From the IMG/VR virus record IMGVR_UViG_3300032294_002706, positions 32,001 through 96,000 of that record: a DNA stretch of 64,000 nt; one strand, written 5' to 3'. The DNA is from a virus. The stretch's first letter is position 1. Each line of letters begins with the position of its first letter. The position numbers and the translations under genes are program-made. Of the stretch, positions 18,545-28,268 are shown one piece after another. The notes beneath the pieces are model-generated. The model ran no database searches. It was not told the DNA's origin and worked only from the letters and a program-made list of their open reading frames with translations.

Positions 18545-19918
18545 ATGATTGTAAGTACTGAATTTCACACGGAAGACTCAACGCTAGTCATTTCGTATTA
18601 TAAGCCAGATGGAACAATTGGATTTATGAAAAAACCAATTCTACCTCATGACCTTTATAACTGGAACCTAACTCCAACTCCGACCGAGCACCGTAACTGG
18701 GATGGAAAATTTCTAAAAAAGGTTCAAGGTAAATGGTTGAGTCGTTTTAGACTTGAAGAATTGACCCAAATTCGATTAGATCAAACTGAGTTAGATTCAA
18801 TTTATTCAGATGATAGTCCAAAAAAATACTATCTGGATATTGAGATTCAGTTATTATCAACCGACTTTCCGGATCCAAACAAAGCAGCAATGCCAGTTAA
18901 TTTAATAACGTTTGTGAATGAGGATAATATTTGTTTTGTAATGTCAACCATGAAGAACTTAGAGAATCCAGTAATTTCTCAAATGCAAGATGAGGTTAAC
19001 GATTACTTTAAGGCACACGGCCAAGACTTTACTCTTAAGTATCTGTTTTTTGAGACAGAGGAAGAGATGATGACAACCTTTTTCCACAAAGTGCTTCCTA
19101 AAATTCCATTCTTAACCGGTTGGAATGTAATTGGATTTGACTGGTTATACTTAATCAATCGTTGTAAGAATTTAGGAATTGAGCCAATGGCAAAAATGCC
19201 ATCTAAAACATTGATCGGTAAGGCTAAAATGCCAGTTCACATGGGACTTCTGGATTACATGGAAGTTTTCATGAACACAAAGCCGTATAAGGTCGTTGAG
19301 AATTATAAGTTAGACTACATCGCTAATCTTGTGCTTGGAACCACTAAATTACATAGTGAGTATGCGACCATGCTAGAAGCTCAGCAGGACGTTGAGAACT
19401 TCATCAAGTATAACATCATCGATACGATTCTTATCAAGCTAATAGAGGACAAGCTTGGTCTACTTGATGTAGCCTTTGCCATCTCTAAATTTGCGAGAGT
19501 CGATGTTTCTAAAGTATTTTCAGCAGTATTCATTACTGAAACCTTAATGTGTAGAGAATTCTTAGAACGCGGTTTATACATGGCAAACGATCGAAGAGAT
19601 CTTGAAGAGGACGCAACTTACGATGGTGCATACGTTGCAAAACCTGAACCTGGATACTATAAGTACGTATCATGTTTTGACTTTGCCTCAATGTATCCAA
19701 ACATTCAAATTCAGTTTAATATCTCGCCAGACGCGTACTTAGGCAAAAACAAACCTGATCAAGAACCTACTGAAGGCCAGATCCTAACTAAAAACAATAC
19801 TCTATTTACTAAAAAGTTTGATTCAGCAGCTCGCACAATCTTAACTCGTTTGTATAACGGTCGTGTGGACACGAAGAATGAAATGAAAAAATTAGAAGAG
19901 CAACTAAATGCTAAATAA
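18545..19918 (+). CDS. Family B DNA polymerase, N-terminal half (3'-5' exonuclease plus motif A) of a split polymerase
   Basis: ExoI YYLDIEI, ExoII GWNVIGFDWLYL, ExoIII YNIIDT and motif A FDFASMYPNI. The ORF ends before KxxxNSxYG and YGDTDS. Confidence 0.9.
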   Translation: MIVSTEFHTEDSTLVISYYKPDGTIGFMKKPILPHDLYNWNLTPTPTEHRNWDGKFLKKVQGKWLSRFRLEELTQIRLDQTELDSIYSDDSPKKYYLDIEIQLLSTDFPDPNKAAMPVNLITFVNEDNICFVMSTMKNLENPVISQMQDEVNDYFKAHGQDFTLKYLFFETEEEMMTTFFHKVLPKIPFLTGWNVIGFDWLYLINRCKNLGIEPMAKMPSKTLIGKAKMPVHMGLLDYMEVFMNTKPYKVVENYKLDYIANLVLGTTKLHSEYATMLEAQQDVENFIKYNIIDTILIKLIEDKLGLLDVAFAISKFARVDVSKVFSAVFITETLMCREFLERGLYMANDRRDLEEDATYDGAYVAKPEPGYYKYVSCFDFASMYPNIQIQFNISPDAYLGKNKPDQEPTEGQILTKNNTLFTKKFDSAARTILTRLYNGRVDTKNEMKKLEEQLNAK

Positions 19919-20600
19919 TTTCAAAAAAATATTACATAAAATTATGAATGGATACGATATAGAAACACTGATCGCTGTAAAATCAAGTTTTCAAGCTAAT
20001 AAATTTCAGTGGATAAAAACAAATGACCCAAACAAAATGGGTAAAATAGTTGAAGTTAGAGACGTTGTTCCTGGTCGAAATGGTAGATTTCTTGCAATGT
20101 TGTCAGATGGCTCTCAACTTGATACTGATCTAGTTTCATCTAACTTAATGATGATAACTGACGGACAGGACCCACTATCGTTTGATGAAATTCGATCAAT
20201 CAATTACATTCCTTCTCTTTCTGAAGAGGTACAGGTTTCAAGCGATATTCCTGCCGAATTTGCAACAGAAATCAAGACACAGGCAATTCAGTCAGCTCCA
20301 ACGGCCTTTCAACCTGCTCAACTTGCACCAGAACCAGCGAAAATTCAAGCAAGCGTCGATCCAGGCGATCTATTTGGAATGTTTTCACTAGAGGATACTG
20401 ACTTAAATCTGTCAGTCAGAGTTAAGCTACCTAGTAAAACTCTACTAAAGATGATGTATCAGAATTCAAAGAACAAGGAAGAGTTTTTGACAAAACTATC
20501 AAACTATATAAATAATAACGTAACGGTTGATGCTATTAAGAAAACCATGAAAAAGGCATTAGCTGGTGACACTAAAAAGAAGACAACTCCAAATGAATAA
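19908..20600 (+). CDS. Hypothetical protein
   Basis: 230-aa ORF overlapping its neighbours; contains no polymerase motifs. Confidence 0.7.
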   Translation: MLNNFKKILHKIMNGYDIETLIAVKSSFQANKFQWIKTNDPNKMGKIVEVRDVVPGRNGRFLAMLSDGSQLDTDLVSSNLMMITDGQDPLSFDEIRSINYIPSLSEEVQVSSDIPAEFATEIKTQAIQSAPTAFQPAQLAPEPAKIQASVDPGDLFGMFSLEDTDLNLSVRVKLPSKTLLKMMYQNSKNKEEFLTKLSNYINNNVTVDAIKKTMKKALAGDTKKKTTPNE

Positions 20601-21156
20601 GCCCCTAATCTCAAAAGAAACTAGCAAATTCGGTAGATTTAACGTGTTGACCTTAACTAAGGACCAGCATTCAAATCAGTATTTAGCTGATGATCTTGAG
20701 TACATTTGCTTAATTCCATTTGAAAAATCTTCAGAGAACTCAATCAAATCAATTTACGTACTAGATTATCTTAATCCAGTATCGGATTCTCAAACCGAAT
20801 CTTTGATCATCGATACTGTCAACCCTGACCTTGATAAAACTCCATACGATAGCGTTTGTCGTGCTCTAGTTGAAGAAGCCGGTTTAAATATTGACGAATT
20901 GGGACTTACTGAAAATAGTATTTACTATTTGGGAGACATTCAAACAAGTTCACCAATGTCATGTAAGATGCACTGTTACGGAGTTGATACTACAAGCAAC
21001 TCCATTCTTGAATTCACAAGAAATTTATCAAAGGACCATTTCACAAAGGACAGCTCATCAATCAAAAAGGTAGGCTTTCACCAAGTAGTAAATGGCGATT
21101 TTCCGGACTCTACTATTTTAGCAGGGTCATTTTTATTAGTTTCATATTTCAACTAA
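20593..21156 (+). CDS. Divergent Nudix-fold protein
   Basis: Partial Nudix box SVCRALVEEAGL followed by IYYLGDI; ATG 20593 preferred as start. Confidence 0.6.
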   Translation: MNKPLISKETSKFGRFNVLTLTKDQHSNQYLADDLEYICLIPFEKSSENSIKSIYVLDYLNPVSDSQTESLIIDTVNPDLDKTPYDSVCRALVEEAGLNIDELGLTENSIYYLGDIQTSSPMSCKMHCYGVDTTSNSILEFTRNLSKDHFTKDSSSIKKVGFHQVVNGDFPDSTILAGSFLLVSYFN

Positions 21157-21182
21157 ATCCAATTCAGTATCCTTTGTAAAAG
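21156..21182 (+). promoter_or_regulatory. Putative early/middle promoter AATC-N17-TAAAAG
   Basis: Variant of the recurring motif, upstream of uvsX. Confidence 0.5.
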
Positions 21183-21207
21183 ATACTAAAGATTAATTTT
21201 TATACAC

Positions 21208-22398
21208 ATGGCAAAATCAACAATGGACGCATTCGCCAAGTTTAACGACTTGCTCGAAAAGAAAGTCAAATCTAAAATTGAGATCCGCGGATTCTCAGAC
21301 ATCGAAGAGTATATTCCAACCGGAAACTACTTATTAAACGCTCAAATGTCGGGCTCGGTATTTGGAGGTTATCCCAACACTCGAAGCATCGGTATTGCCG
21401 GAGATTCTGGAGCAGGTAAAACATTCCTTTGCCTAAACGCAGTTCGTGAGCTTCAAAAGAAAGACTATATGGTAATCTACATTGATACCGAAGGCGCAAT
21501 CGATTCTAGCGATTACCTAAAGTTCGGAGTAGACTTATCCAAACTAAAGTATCTTCGTATGGGTATGATCAGTGAAGTTAAGTTTTTCGTGAACGACCTG
21601 ATTGAAACAATCAAAGAAAATCCAGGTCTTAAGATTGCACTATTTGTAGATTCAGTCGGAATGCTAGACACTGATAAGAGCAAACGTGATATGGATGCAG
21701 GTAAGAACGCTGCAGATATGGGTCTCCGTGCAAAAGAGATGAGATCCTTATTCAAGTCATTGACTCTAGATCTTTCGAATTACAAGATTCCATTCATCTT
21801 TACAAATCACACCTATGCCTCAATGGATCAATACACTCCAAAGGGTATGTCAGGCGGCGGTGGTCCAGAATTCTCTGCATCAATTATCTTAATGTTGAGT
21901 AAAGGGACACTAAGAGATGAAGCTAAAACAACTACCGGAATTATTGTTCGTTCTAAAACCAAAAAGAATCGTTTGGCTAGACCAATTGATATTGAGTTTC
22001 ATATCTCTTTCCATAAGGGTATGAATCCATTCGTTGGACTAGAGCAATACGTTAGTTGGGAAAATTGTGGAGTCGGTAGAGGTAATAAGCTAACTGAGAA
22101 AGAATTCTCTAAGCTTAAACCTGATGAATCTGAACTATGCTCTAAATTTGAAGTTGATGGTGAGACCTTCTACTTCTTACCTAAAAAATTAGGTAAAACC
22201 TACATCATTAGACATAACGGTGATGCTGTTCCAGTTAAGGAATTTTTCTCAGCAAGACTTTTCACTAACGAGGTGTTAACTGAATTAGATGAAAAGATCA
22301 TCAAACCAACCTTTAAGTTTCCAGAAACTCAGGATGGAATTGATAATATGGAAACCGAAGAATTAGAAGACTTAACTGAAAATGACAATGACCTTTAA
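21208..22398 (+). CDS. uvsX: UvsX/RecA-like recombinase
   Basis: Walker A GDSGAGKT, YIDTEGA, FVDSVGML, DMGLRAK, FTNHTY, SGGGG. Confidence 0.93.
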   Translation: MAKSTMDAFAKFNDLLEKKVKSKIEIRGFSDIEEYIPTGNYLLNAQMSGSVFGGYPNTRSIGIAGDSGAGKTFLCLNAVRELQKKDYMVIYIDTEGAIDSSDYLKFGVDLSKLKYLRMGMISEVKFFVNDLIETIKENPGLKIALFVDSVGMLDTDKSKRDMDAGKNAADMGLRAKEMRSLFKSLTLDLSNYKIPFIFTNHTYASMDQYTPKGMSGGGGPEFSASIILMLSKGTLRDEAKTTTGIIVRSKTKKNRLARPIDIEFHISFHKGMNPFVGLEQYVSWENCGVGRGNKLTEKEFSKLKPDESELCSKFEVDGETFYFLPKKLGKTYIIRHNGDAVPVKEFFSARLFTNEVLTELDEKIIKPTFKFPETQDGIDNMETEELEDLTENDNDL

Positions 22399-22732
22399 TC
22401 TGAGCTCATTAGCTCCTCTTAAATATTCCCTTGAAGCTCACATTGCCCTGCCGAACTATCCAACTCGGCAGGACTTTGTGTTCGATATCGCTTCATATCT
22501 AATTAGAGTTTCCGAAAGTAAGTCCAGAAAATTGGACCCAGAGGATCTAAAGTTTTCAACAAAAACTCTAAAGTACGTTTTCAATGACAAGATGAACGAT
22601 GATGAATTTCGTGATAGGATAAAACTTATTATGAAAGACATGATAGAAGATGGTAGTTTAGTAAAGGCTGGAGAAAATCTAGTAATTTCTCAAACTGAAT
22701 TTTTAAAAATTTATACAATTTCGAATAACTAA
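22382..22732 (+). CDS. Hypothetical protein
   Basis: 116-aa ORF between uvsX and the helicase, the position of T4 gp40. Confidence 0.6.
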   Translation: MTMTFNLSSLAPLKYSLEAHIALPNYPTRQDFVFDIASYLIRVSESKSRKLDPEDLKFSTKTLKYVFNDKMNDDEFRDRIKLIMKDMIEDGSLVKAGENLVISQTEFLKIYTISNN

Positions 22733-22738
22733 AAAAAT

Positions 22739-24262
22739 ATGACGATAGACTTTAAAGAGAACATTGAGCTTCTCGAAAAAATAATCTTTAACTTTGTTTT
22801 GACTGATGACGATGGTGATGTCGTGATAAAGCCAAAGAACTATGATTCAATGGACAAACGCGAAATCCTTCCGCTAGTTAAGGCTCATTATTTTAATGAT
22901 GATACGTTACAGAGAGTCTATCGAGTTGCAAAAAAATTCTTTGTTGAATATTCAAATCTTCCAACTCGAAATGAACTTCGCGAGCTTTGTAATCTTTCAA
23001 ACTTAGATATTCCAGAAGCAAAGTTTAATGCTCTGTTTGCAGTTGATCTTTCTAGTTATAATTACGACTTTCTATTCAAATACACAAAGGCTTTCATATT
23101 TTATAAGAATCTAAATGCGTCAGTAATTGACGTACTTTCTTATTTGAAAACAACTGAAATTAACCCAGAAAACGTTGAACTAATAACCAATGAAGTTAGG
23201 GAAAAATTCAATGAGAAATTAAACGTATCATTCACGAATGCCGAGTCCGGCCTAGATTTCTTTAACCCAGTAGATCACGTTCAATTATCAAAGATCGGTA
23301 ACCCCACTGGATTTAAGTTTTTTGATAAGACGCTGGGTGGAGGTTGGAACCCAAAAACGCTAGTAGTTTTTCAAGGTCGACCTAAGGTTGGTAAATCCAT
23401 GGTACTTTCAAATATTGCAGGTAGAGCATTCGTTTCTGGTTGTAATGTTGGAATCGCAACCCTTGAATTATCTGACCGAAAGTACATGAAACGCTTAGGC
23501 TCTATGATCTTAGACATTCCATTTAAGGATTACGACTCAATGTTGGATAATACTCAAACCGCTGAGGTTGCGAGTAAAATGGTTAATTTAAAGAAGACTG
23601 TTCCGACTCTTGGAGAATTGATTGTAAAAGAATTTCCTACTGGAACCGCGTCAGCTATTGATGTTGAAAACTACTTTCTAAAAGTTCAACAAAATACTGG
23701 AAAGAAATTCACAGTAATCGTTGTTGACTACATCAACTTGATGAGACCTATGAGAGAACAGGGAAATGTTTACGAAAAGATCAAAGTTATTTCAGAGGAA
23801 TTACGAGCAGTTGCAATCCGAAACGAATGGTGTATTATTACTGCAACTCAAATCAAAAGAGATGCAGTAGACGATCAAGACTTAAGCATGTCAGACATCG
23901 CCGAATCTTTCGGTTTAGTGCATACGGTAGATTCTCTATTTGGTTTAATTAGAGGCCCAATGGAAAAACGTATGAAGATCAAGTTAATTGCGAATCGAGA
24001 TGGAGGATACACTGAAAGTTTTAAAATGTACAGAATGAGTTATGAATTCGCAAAATTGACCGAAGAAACCGATCCAGCTTCTGAATTCTATTCGGACGAT
24101 GATGATACTCAGTCTCTTGAAAATCAAATGCGAACTCAATACAATACAGTCCATACAACGACTTTACCTCCAAACCTAATTACAATGGAAGAGGCAATGA
24201 GTCGACCTGCACCTCAATACAAATCTCCAAGCGATTATGATGATTTGCTAAATTCAATTTAA
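22739..24262 (+). CDS. DnaB-like replicative helicase (T4 gp41-like)
   Basis: PTGFKFFDKTLGGG, GRPKVGKS, TLELS, IVVDYINLM, TATQ, IAESFG. Confidence 0.93.
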   Translation: MTIDFKENIELLEKIIFNFVLTDDDGDVVIKPKNYDSMDKREILPLVKAHYFNDDTLQRVYRVAKKFFVEYSNLPTRNELRELCNLSNLDIPEAKFNALFAVDLSSYNYDFLFKYTKAFIFYKNLNASVIDVLSYLKTTEINPENVELITNEVREKFNEKLNVSFTNAESGLDFFNPVDHVQLSKIGNPTGFKFFDKTLGGGWNPKTLVVFQGRPKVGKSMVLSNIAGRAFVSGCNVGIATLELSDRKYMKRLGSMILDIPFKDYDSMLDNTQTAEVASKMVNLKKTVPTLGELIVKEFPTGTASAIDVENYFLKVQQNTGKKFTVIVVDYINLMRPMREQGNVYEKIKVISEELRAVAIRNEWCIITATQIKRDAVDDQDLSMSDIAESFGLVHTVDSLFGLIRGPMEKRMKIKLIANRDGGYTESFKMYRMSYEFAKLTEETDPASEFYSDDDDTQSLENQMRTQYNTVHTTTLPPNLITMEEAMSRPAPQYKSPSDYDDLLNSI

Positions 24263-24277
24263 AAAAACACAAATAAT

Positions 24278-24952
24278 GTGATACCTAGACAACACGAAGA
24301 CAGCTTAGATGATGACGATTTTAAGTCGTTAAATTATCATGAAGATGAAGACTTCTTATTTGAAAGAGATGATGAATTATCAGATGATCATTTGTTAACT
24401 GACGAGTACGATGACGATGAACTTGAAAGACGTAAGTCAGCCTATGCTGATCTAAAGAAAAACGACAAGATATTCAACAACACCTATAATCTTGGACTAG
24501 ACACGTCGGATGATGAAGAAGAAGGTGCTCCAAGAGCCAGCACTTCTGAGATAAAGCTAGATAGCGGATCTCCTGACTACCACATGTACGATCCAGAAAA
24601 GTTCTCAGAGAGCCTCGACCTTAAGATCGTTCAGCGAGACATATATGAATTCATCAAAACCAATCCAAGGGTGAAGGACGTCCTCGGAAATGAACCAGAC
24701 AAAAAGAAATTCACTAAACCTGAAATCAACGAACTGTTTGAAATTCTAAATTTAGGGTTGGCGAATGGAGCAACTGGAAACGTCTTTATAAATCCAATCC
24801 ATGTGCTTGATTCAATCTCTTCATTAATAAACATGGAGTACAAAAAGATATTTGACCAGTTAACTTATGACAATAAGGAGATTTTATTGGTAGAATTAAA
24901 CAATAAGTACGGATTCTTAGACAATACCGGCAAGAACTATAAAATATTCTAA
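24278..24952 (+). CDS. Hypothetical acidic protein
   Basis: 224-aa ORF with Asp/Glu-rich N-terminus. Confidence 0.65.
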   Translation: MIPRQHEDSLDDDDFKSLNYHEDEDFLFERDDELSDDHLLTDEYDDDELERRKSAYADLKKNDKIFNNTYNLGLDTSDDEEEGAPRASTSEIKLDSGSPDYHMYDPEKFSESLDLKIVQRDIYEFIKTNPRVKDVLGNEPDKKKFTKPEINELFEILNLGLANGATGNVFINPIHVLDSISSLINMEYKKIFDQLTYDNKEILLVELNNKYGFLDNTGKNYKIF

Positions 24953-26065
24953 ATGAAACTCACAAATATTCGAAAAATAACGTTAGTTGGAGATCTTCAT
25001 CTTGGTATAAAAAATAATTCAGTAGAATGGCTTCAAATACAAAAGGACTTTCTACTGGACTTTTTATTAACAAAGGTTGATGAAGATTTTGACGAAGACC
25101 GAGACATCCTCTTTTTAGAAGGGGACATTTTCCATTCTAGAGAATCAATTAATGTTAGAATTCATGATGAGGCATTAACCATATTCAAGGCATTGTCTCA
25201 AAAGTTTAAGCGTGGAATCTACATTATCATTGGAAACCATGATGTGTATTACAAAGATAGAAATGCCGTGCACTCGCTTAAGGCAATATCTCATATCGCT
25301 GACAACATTCACGTTTTTGAAAATCCTGAAATTCTAACAATTAACGGAACTCACAACTTCTTAATGTTACCTTGGGTTGAGGACGTTCGTCGAATAAACC
25401 AAATCATAACTGACCACCAAGATCTTTGTGAGTACATTGTTTGTCATGCGGACATTAAGGGACTTCGTTTCAATAAATGGACAAAGGTCGAACATGGAAT
25501 TGAAGTGGATATGTTAGGCTCTTACAAAAGAGTCTATGCTGGACATATTCATCATCGTCAAGAATTTAAAAACGTACTCTACACCGGAACTCCATATCAA
25601 ATGGATCGCGGCGATCGGGATAATGTTAAAGGATTTTACGAATTGACCCTTACTAAGGACTCAGTTTCTGAGAGATTCATTGAGAATACGCAATCTCCGG
25701 TTTACAAGAAGTTCGATATTTACGAATTGCTAGAGATGCCAGTAGAACAAGTAGTCTCAAGTCTAAATAATGCTTTCGTTGATGTAATGATAAGCGTTAA
25801 TTTCGTAAATAAATTTCCAGTTACTAGATTCATTGAAGCTGTCTCTAAGTCAACTCACCGAAAGATTGAATTCTTTACCTATGTTGACCAAGTTAAAGAA
25901 GACTCAACTGTCTCAGATTTTAATCCTGAAGATCAATTCAATGTAATCGATATTTTCAAGAGCTTTATTAAATCAAAGGAATATTCTCAAACCTTTAAGA
26001 CTGATCTTGCCCGAAAGTTCGTTGAGATTCATAACTTAGTAAAACAGGATGGATCACATGAATAA
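24953..26065 (+). CDS. Mre11/SbcD-like recombination nuclease (T4 gp47-like)
   Basis: GDLHLG, GDIFH, GNHD, GHIH and YTGTPYQ phosphoesterase motifs. Confidence 0.93.
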   Translation: MKLTNIRKITLVGDLHLGIKNNSVEWLQIQKDFLLDFLLTKVDEDFDEDRDILFLEGDIFHSRESINVRIHDEALTIFKALSQKFKRGIYIIIGNHDVYYKDRNAVHSLKAISHIADNIHVFENPEILTINGTHNFLMLPWVEDVRRINQIITDHQDLCEYIVCHADIKGLRFNKWTKVEHGIEVDMLGSYKRVYAGHIHHRQEFKNVLYTGTPYQMDRGDRDNVKGFYELTLTKDSVSERFIENTQSPVYKKFDIYELLEMPVEQVVSSLNNAFVDVMISVNFVNKFPVTRFIEAVSKSTHRKIEFFTYVDQVKEDSTVSDFNPEDQFNVIDIFKSFIKSKEYSQTFKTDLARKFVEIHNLVKQDGSHE

Positions 26066-26549
26066 AGCTCCAAAGATATTAAATACCCTTTACATAAAGC
26101 CAATCAATGATAAGGAGTTTGGAGTATTTACTAATGCTCCTCTATACAGAGATTCAATCGTTGAATTTTGTGCTTGGCTGCCAGTAAGCCAAAAGATTCA
26201 AATCCTAATTGACAAGAATGACCCTAGTCTGAGTCAAAAACTATTCATTAATCCAGACGGAATTGAAAAGGAGAGGCAATTCGCAGCTAAGATTGCTGAG
26301 CTTGATTTACAGGAAAGACTAGATCGCGGTTTAATAACTCCTGAACAATTTAAAGCGATTCTAATTGAGGTTGCCAATCCAACTAAATTATTGAGTGTGG
26401 CTTCACATGCAATACTGTTAGGATTCGGATCTCTTTATCGTCGAAGTGAAATGCCTAATATTACTTGGGAATACGATAGTGATTCTAAGTTGTATAAGTT
26501 TTATACAACCCAAGACGTTGCTGCAAACCGCGAACTTACATACTTTTAA
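26049..26549 (+). CDS. Degenerate SET-domain protein
   Basis: FGVFTNAPLYRDSIVEFC ... GFGSLYRRSEMPN ... FYTTQDVAANRELTYF follows the SET motif order, but NHS is replaced by RRS and the terminal DY is missing. Confidence 0.7.
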   Translation: MDHMNKAPKILNTLYIKPINDKEFGVFTNAPLYRDSIVEFCAWLPVSQKIQILIDKNDPSLSQKLFINPDGIEKERQFAAKIAELDLQERLDRGLITPEQFKAILIEVANPTKLLSVASHAILLGFGSLYRRSEMPNITWEYDSDSKLYKFYTTQDVAANRELTYF

Positions 26550-26551
26550 TC

Positions 26552-28213
26552 ATGAAGATACACGAATTTTCTTTTAGAAACATCTGCTCATACGGCAATA
26601 AATTACAAACATTCAAGTTCACAGATGAACCTCGACTGATCCTAGTTCAGGGTAAAAACGGTAGTGGCAAATCTTCAATCTCGGATGCTTTAACCGTGTC
26701 AATATACGGTAAATCTGCAATTCGCAAGACAAAGGAAATCCCTAATCGAATCAATAAGAACGCCTATACTCAGATTAAATTCGTTACCGGAAACGGCCAA
26801 CTTATTGATATTGAAAGAGGAATCGAACCTAACTTTTCAAAGCTTTCAATTGATGGAGTTGAATATAATTTGCCAGATAAACGAAGAGTCGATGAATTCA
26901 TTGAAGACGAATTGACCAAGATACCCTTTAACGTTTTCTCAAATACCATTAGCTTGTCAGTTAATGATTTTAAGAGCTTCGTTAAACTTAGCCCAGCCGA
27001 TAAACGTCAAATCATCGATAAGATATTTGGTCTAGACATAGTTAACGATATGGCTAAGGTTGCAAAGGAAGAATCCAAAAAGATTAAGGGTGATATTCTA
27101 CCTCTTGAATCAGCAATTTCGAGCAATCAAAGATTATTAGAATCTTCAATCTCTCAACTTGAAGCCTTACAGTCTGAAATAAAAACGAGTAATGATGCAA
27201 AAATTGCAGAATTAAACGCGGCGCTTGAACAGTTAGCGACTGATAAAAAAGCAGCTCACACAGAAGCTAGTAGTTTTTCAGGTAAAATTTCTGAAATTAG
27301 ACAAAGTATTAGAGCTGAACAGGAGAAACTAAGCACAGTTAGAGTTAACATTTCTGAAATTCAAAAGAAACTGGACATTTACAATAAGAATAAGTGTCCG
27401 CATTGTCTTTCTGATTTAACTGATGAGGTTCATTCTCAAATCAAAGATAAGCTTGTTGCAAAAAAGACTGAACAAGAATCAGCGTTTCCTGCAATTTCAG
27501 AAAGAATTAAAGTTCATGAGAAAGACTTATCTGCTGTAGAAACAGAATCTAGTGAAGCAAAGGGCAAGTACTATCAAATTGAGGCTCAAATAACTGCAGT
27601 TAAGCGTGAAATATCTGATCTAAGCCGACAGGGTAACCAGGCATCAGATAAACATTTAACTGAGGTCATTAACAATATCAAGTCAGAGATCCAGACCTCT
27701 AGCTCTAGTCTATCTGAAAGACAGGAAAAGTTAAAAGTTTCCCAAGAGATGGAAATGATCTTATCTGATAACGGCATGAAGAAGATGCTAATGAGCCAAA
27801 TCATTCCATTATTGAATAAAAAGATACTAAAGACTGCTAAAGTCTTAGAGTTTAAATTCGCATTCGAGTTTGATCTAGAGTTCAATCCAATAATAACTCA
27901 TTTGGGCATGCAAGTTTCGCCAGATTCATTATCGGCTGGTGAGCAAAAGAAAATGAATCTAATCGTTTTACTGTGCATACTAGAATTAATTAAATTAAAG
28001 CACAATAAGGTGAATCTTCTCTTCTTGGACGAGGTGTTCTCTTCACTAGACGTTGATTCAATCTTTAGAGTAGTTGACCTTTTGAAAACTTTTGCCAAAA
28101 AGTACAACATGACAGTTTTCGTGATCTCCCATGATCCTTTACCTGAAGAGTATTTTGATACCAAGATCCAGGTTGAAAATACTGATCATTTTTCTGACCT
28201 AAAAATCGTTTAG
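26552..28213 (+). CDS. Rad50/SbcC-like ATPase (T4 gp46-like)
   Basis: GKNGSGKS, coiled coil with CPHC zinc hook, LSAGE, LFLDEVF, ISH. Confidence 0.95.
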   Translation: MKIHEFSFRNICSYGNKLQTFKFTDEPRLILVQGKNGSGKSSISDALTVSIYGKSAIRKTKEIPNRINKNAYTQIKFVTGNGQLIDIERGIEPNFSKLSIDGVEYNLPDKRRVDEFIEDELTKIPFNVFSNTISLSVNDFKSFVKLSPADKRQIIDKIFGLDIVNDMAKVAKEESKKIKGDILPLESAISSNQRLLESSISQLEALQSEIKTSNDAKIAELNAALEQLATDKKAAHTEASSFSGKISEIRQSIRAEQEKLSTVRVNISEIQKKLDIYNKNKCPHCLSDLTDEVHSQIKDKLVAKKTEQESAFPAISERIKVHEKDLSAVETESSEAKGKYYQIEAQITAVKREISDLSRQGNQASDKHLTEVINNIKSEIQTSSSSLSERQEKLKVSQEMEMILSDNGMKKMLMSQIIPLLNKKILKTAKVLEFKFAFEFDLEFNPIITHLGMQVSPDSLSAGEQKKMNLIVLLCILELIKLKHNKVNLLFLDEVFSSLDVDSIFRVVDLLKTFAKKYNMTVFVISHDPLPEEYFDTKIQVENTDHFSDLKIV

Positions 28214-28216
28214 GCT

Positions 28217-28243
28217 AACCTTTTTTCATTTTCTTAGTATTAT
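28217..28243 (+). promoter_or_regulatory. Putative early/middle promoter AACC-N17-TATTAT
   Basis: Variant of the recurring motif. Confidence 0.55.
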
Positions 28244-28268
28244 ATTTGAATAGTATTATTTCCGAATT

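Noticed and set aside
19900-19960. Possible frameshift, intron or intein continuing the DNA polymerase (KIMNGYD resembles motif B)
   Set aside because: The downstream ORF lacks NSxYG and DTDS, and there is no intervening non-coding or splicing sequence.
20507-20514. Exact TATAAATA inside the 19908 gene
   Set aside because: It lies within a replication operon and may be a chance match from Tyr-Ile-Asn codons, so it is not listed as a promoter.
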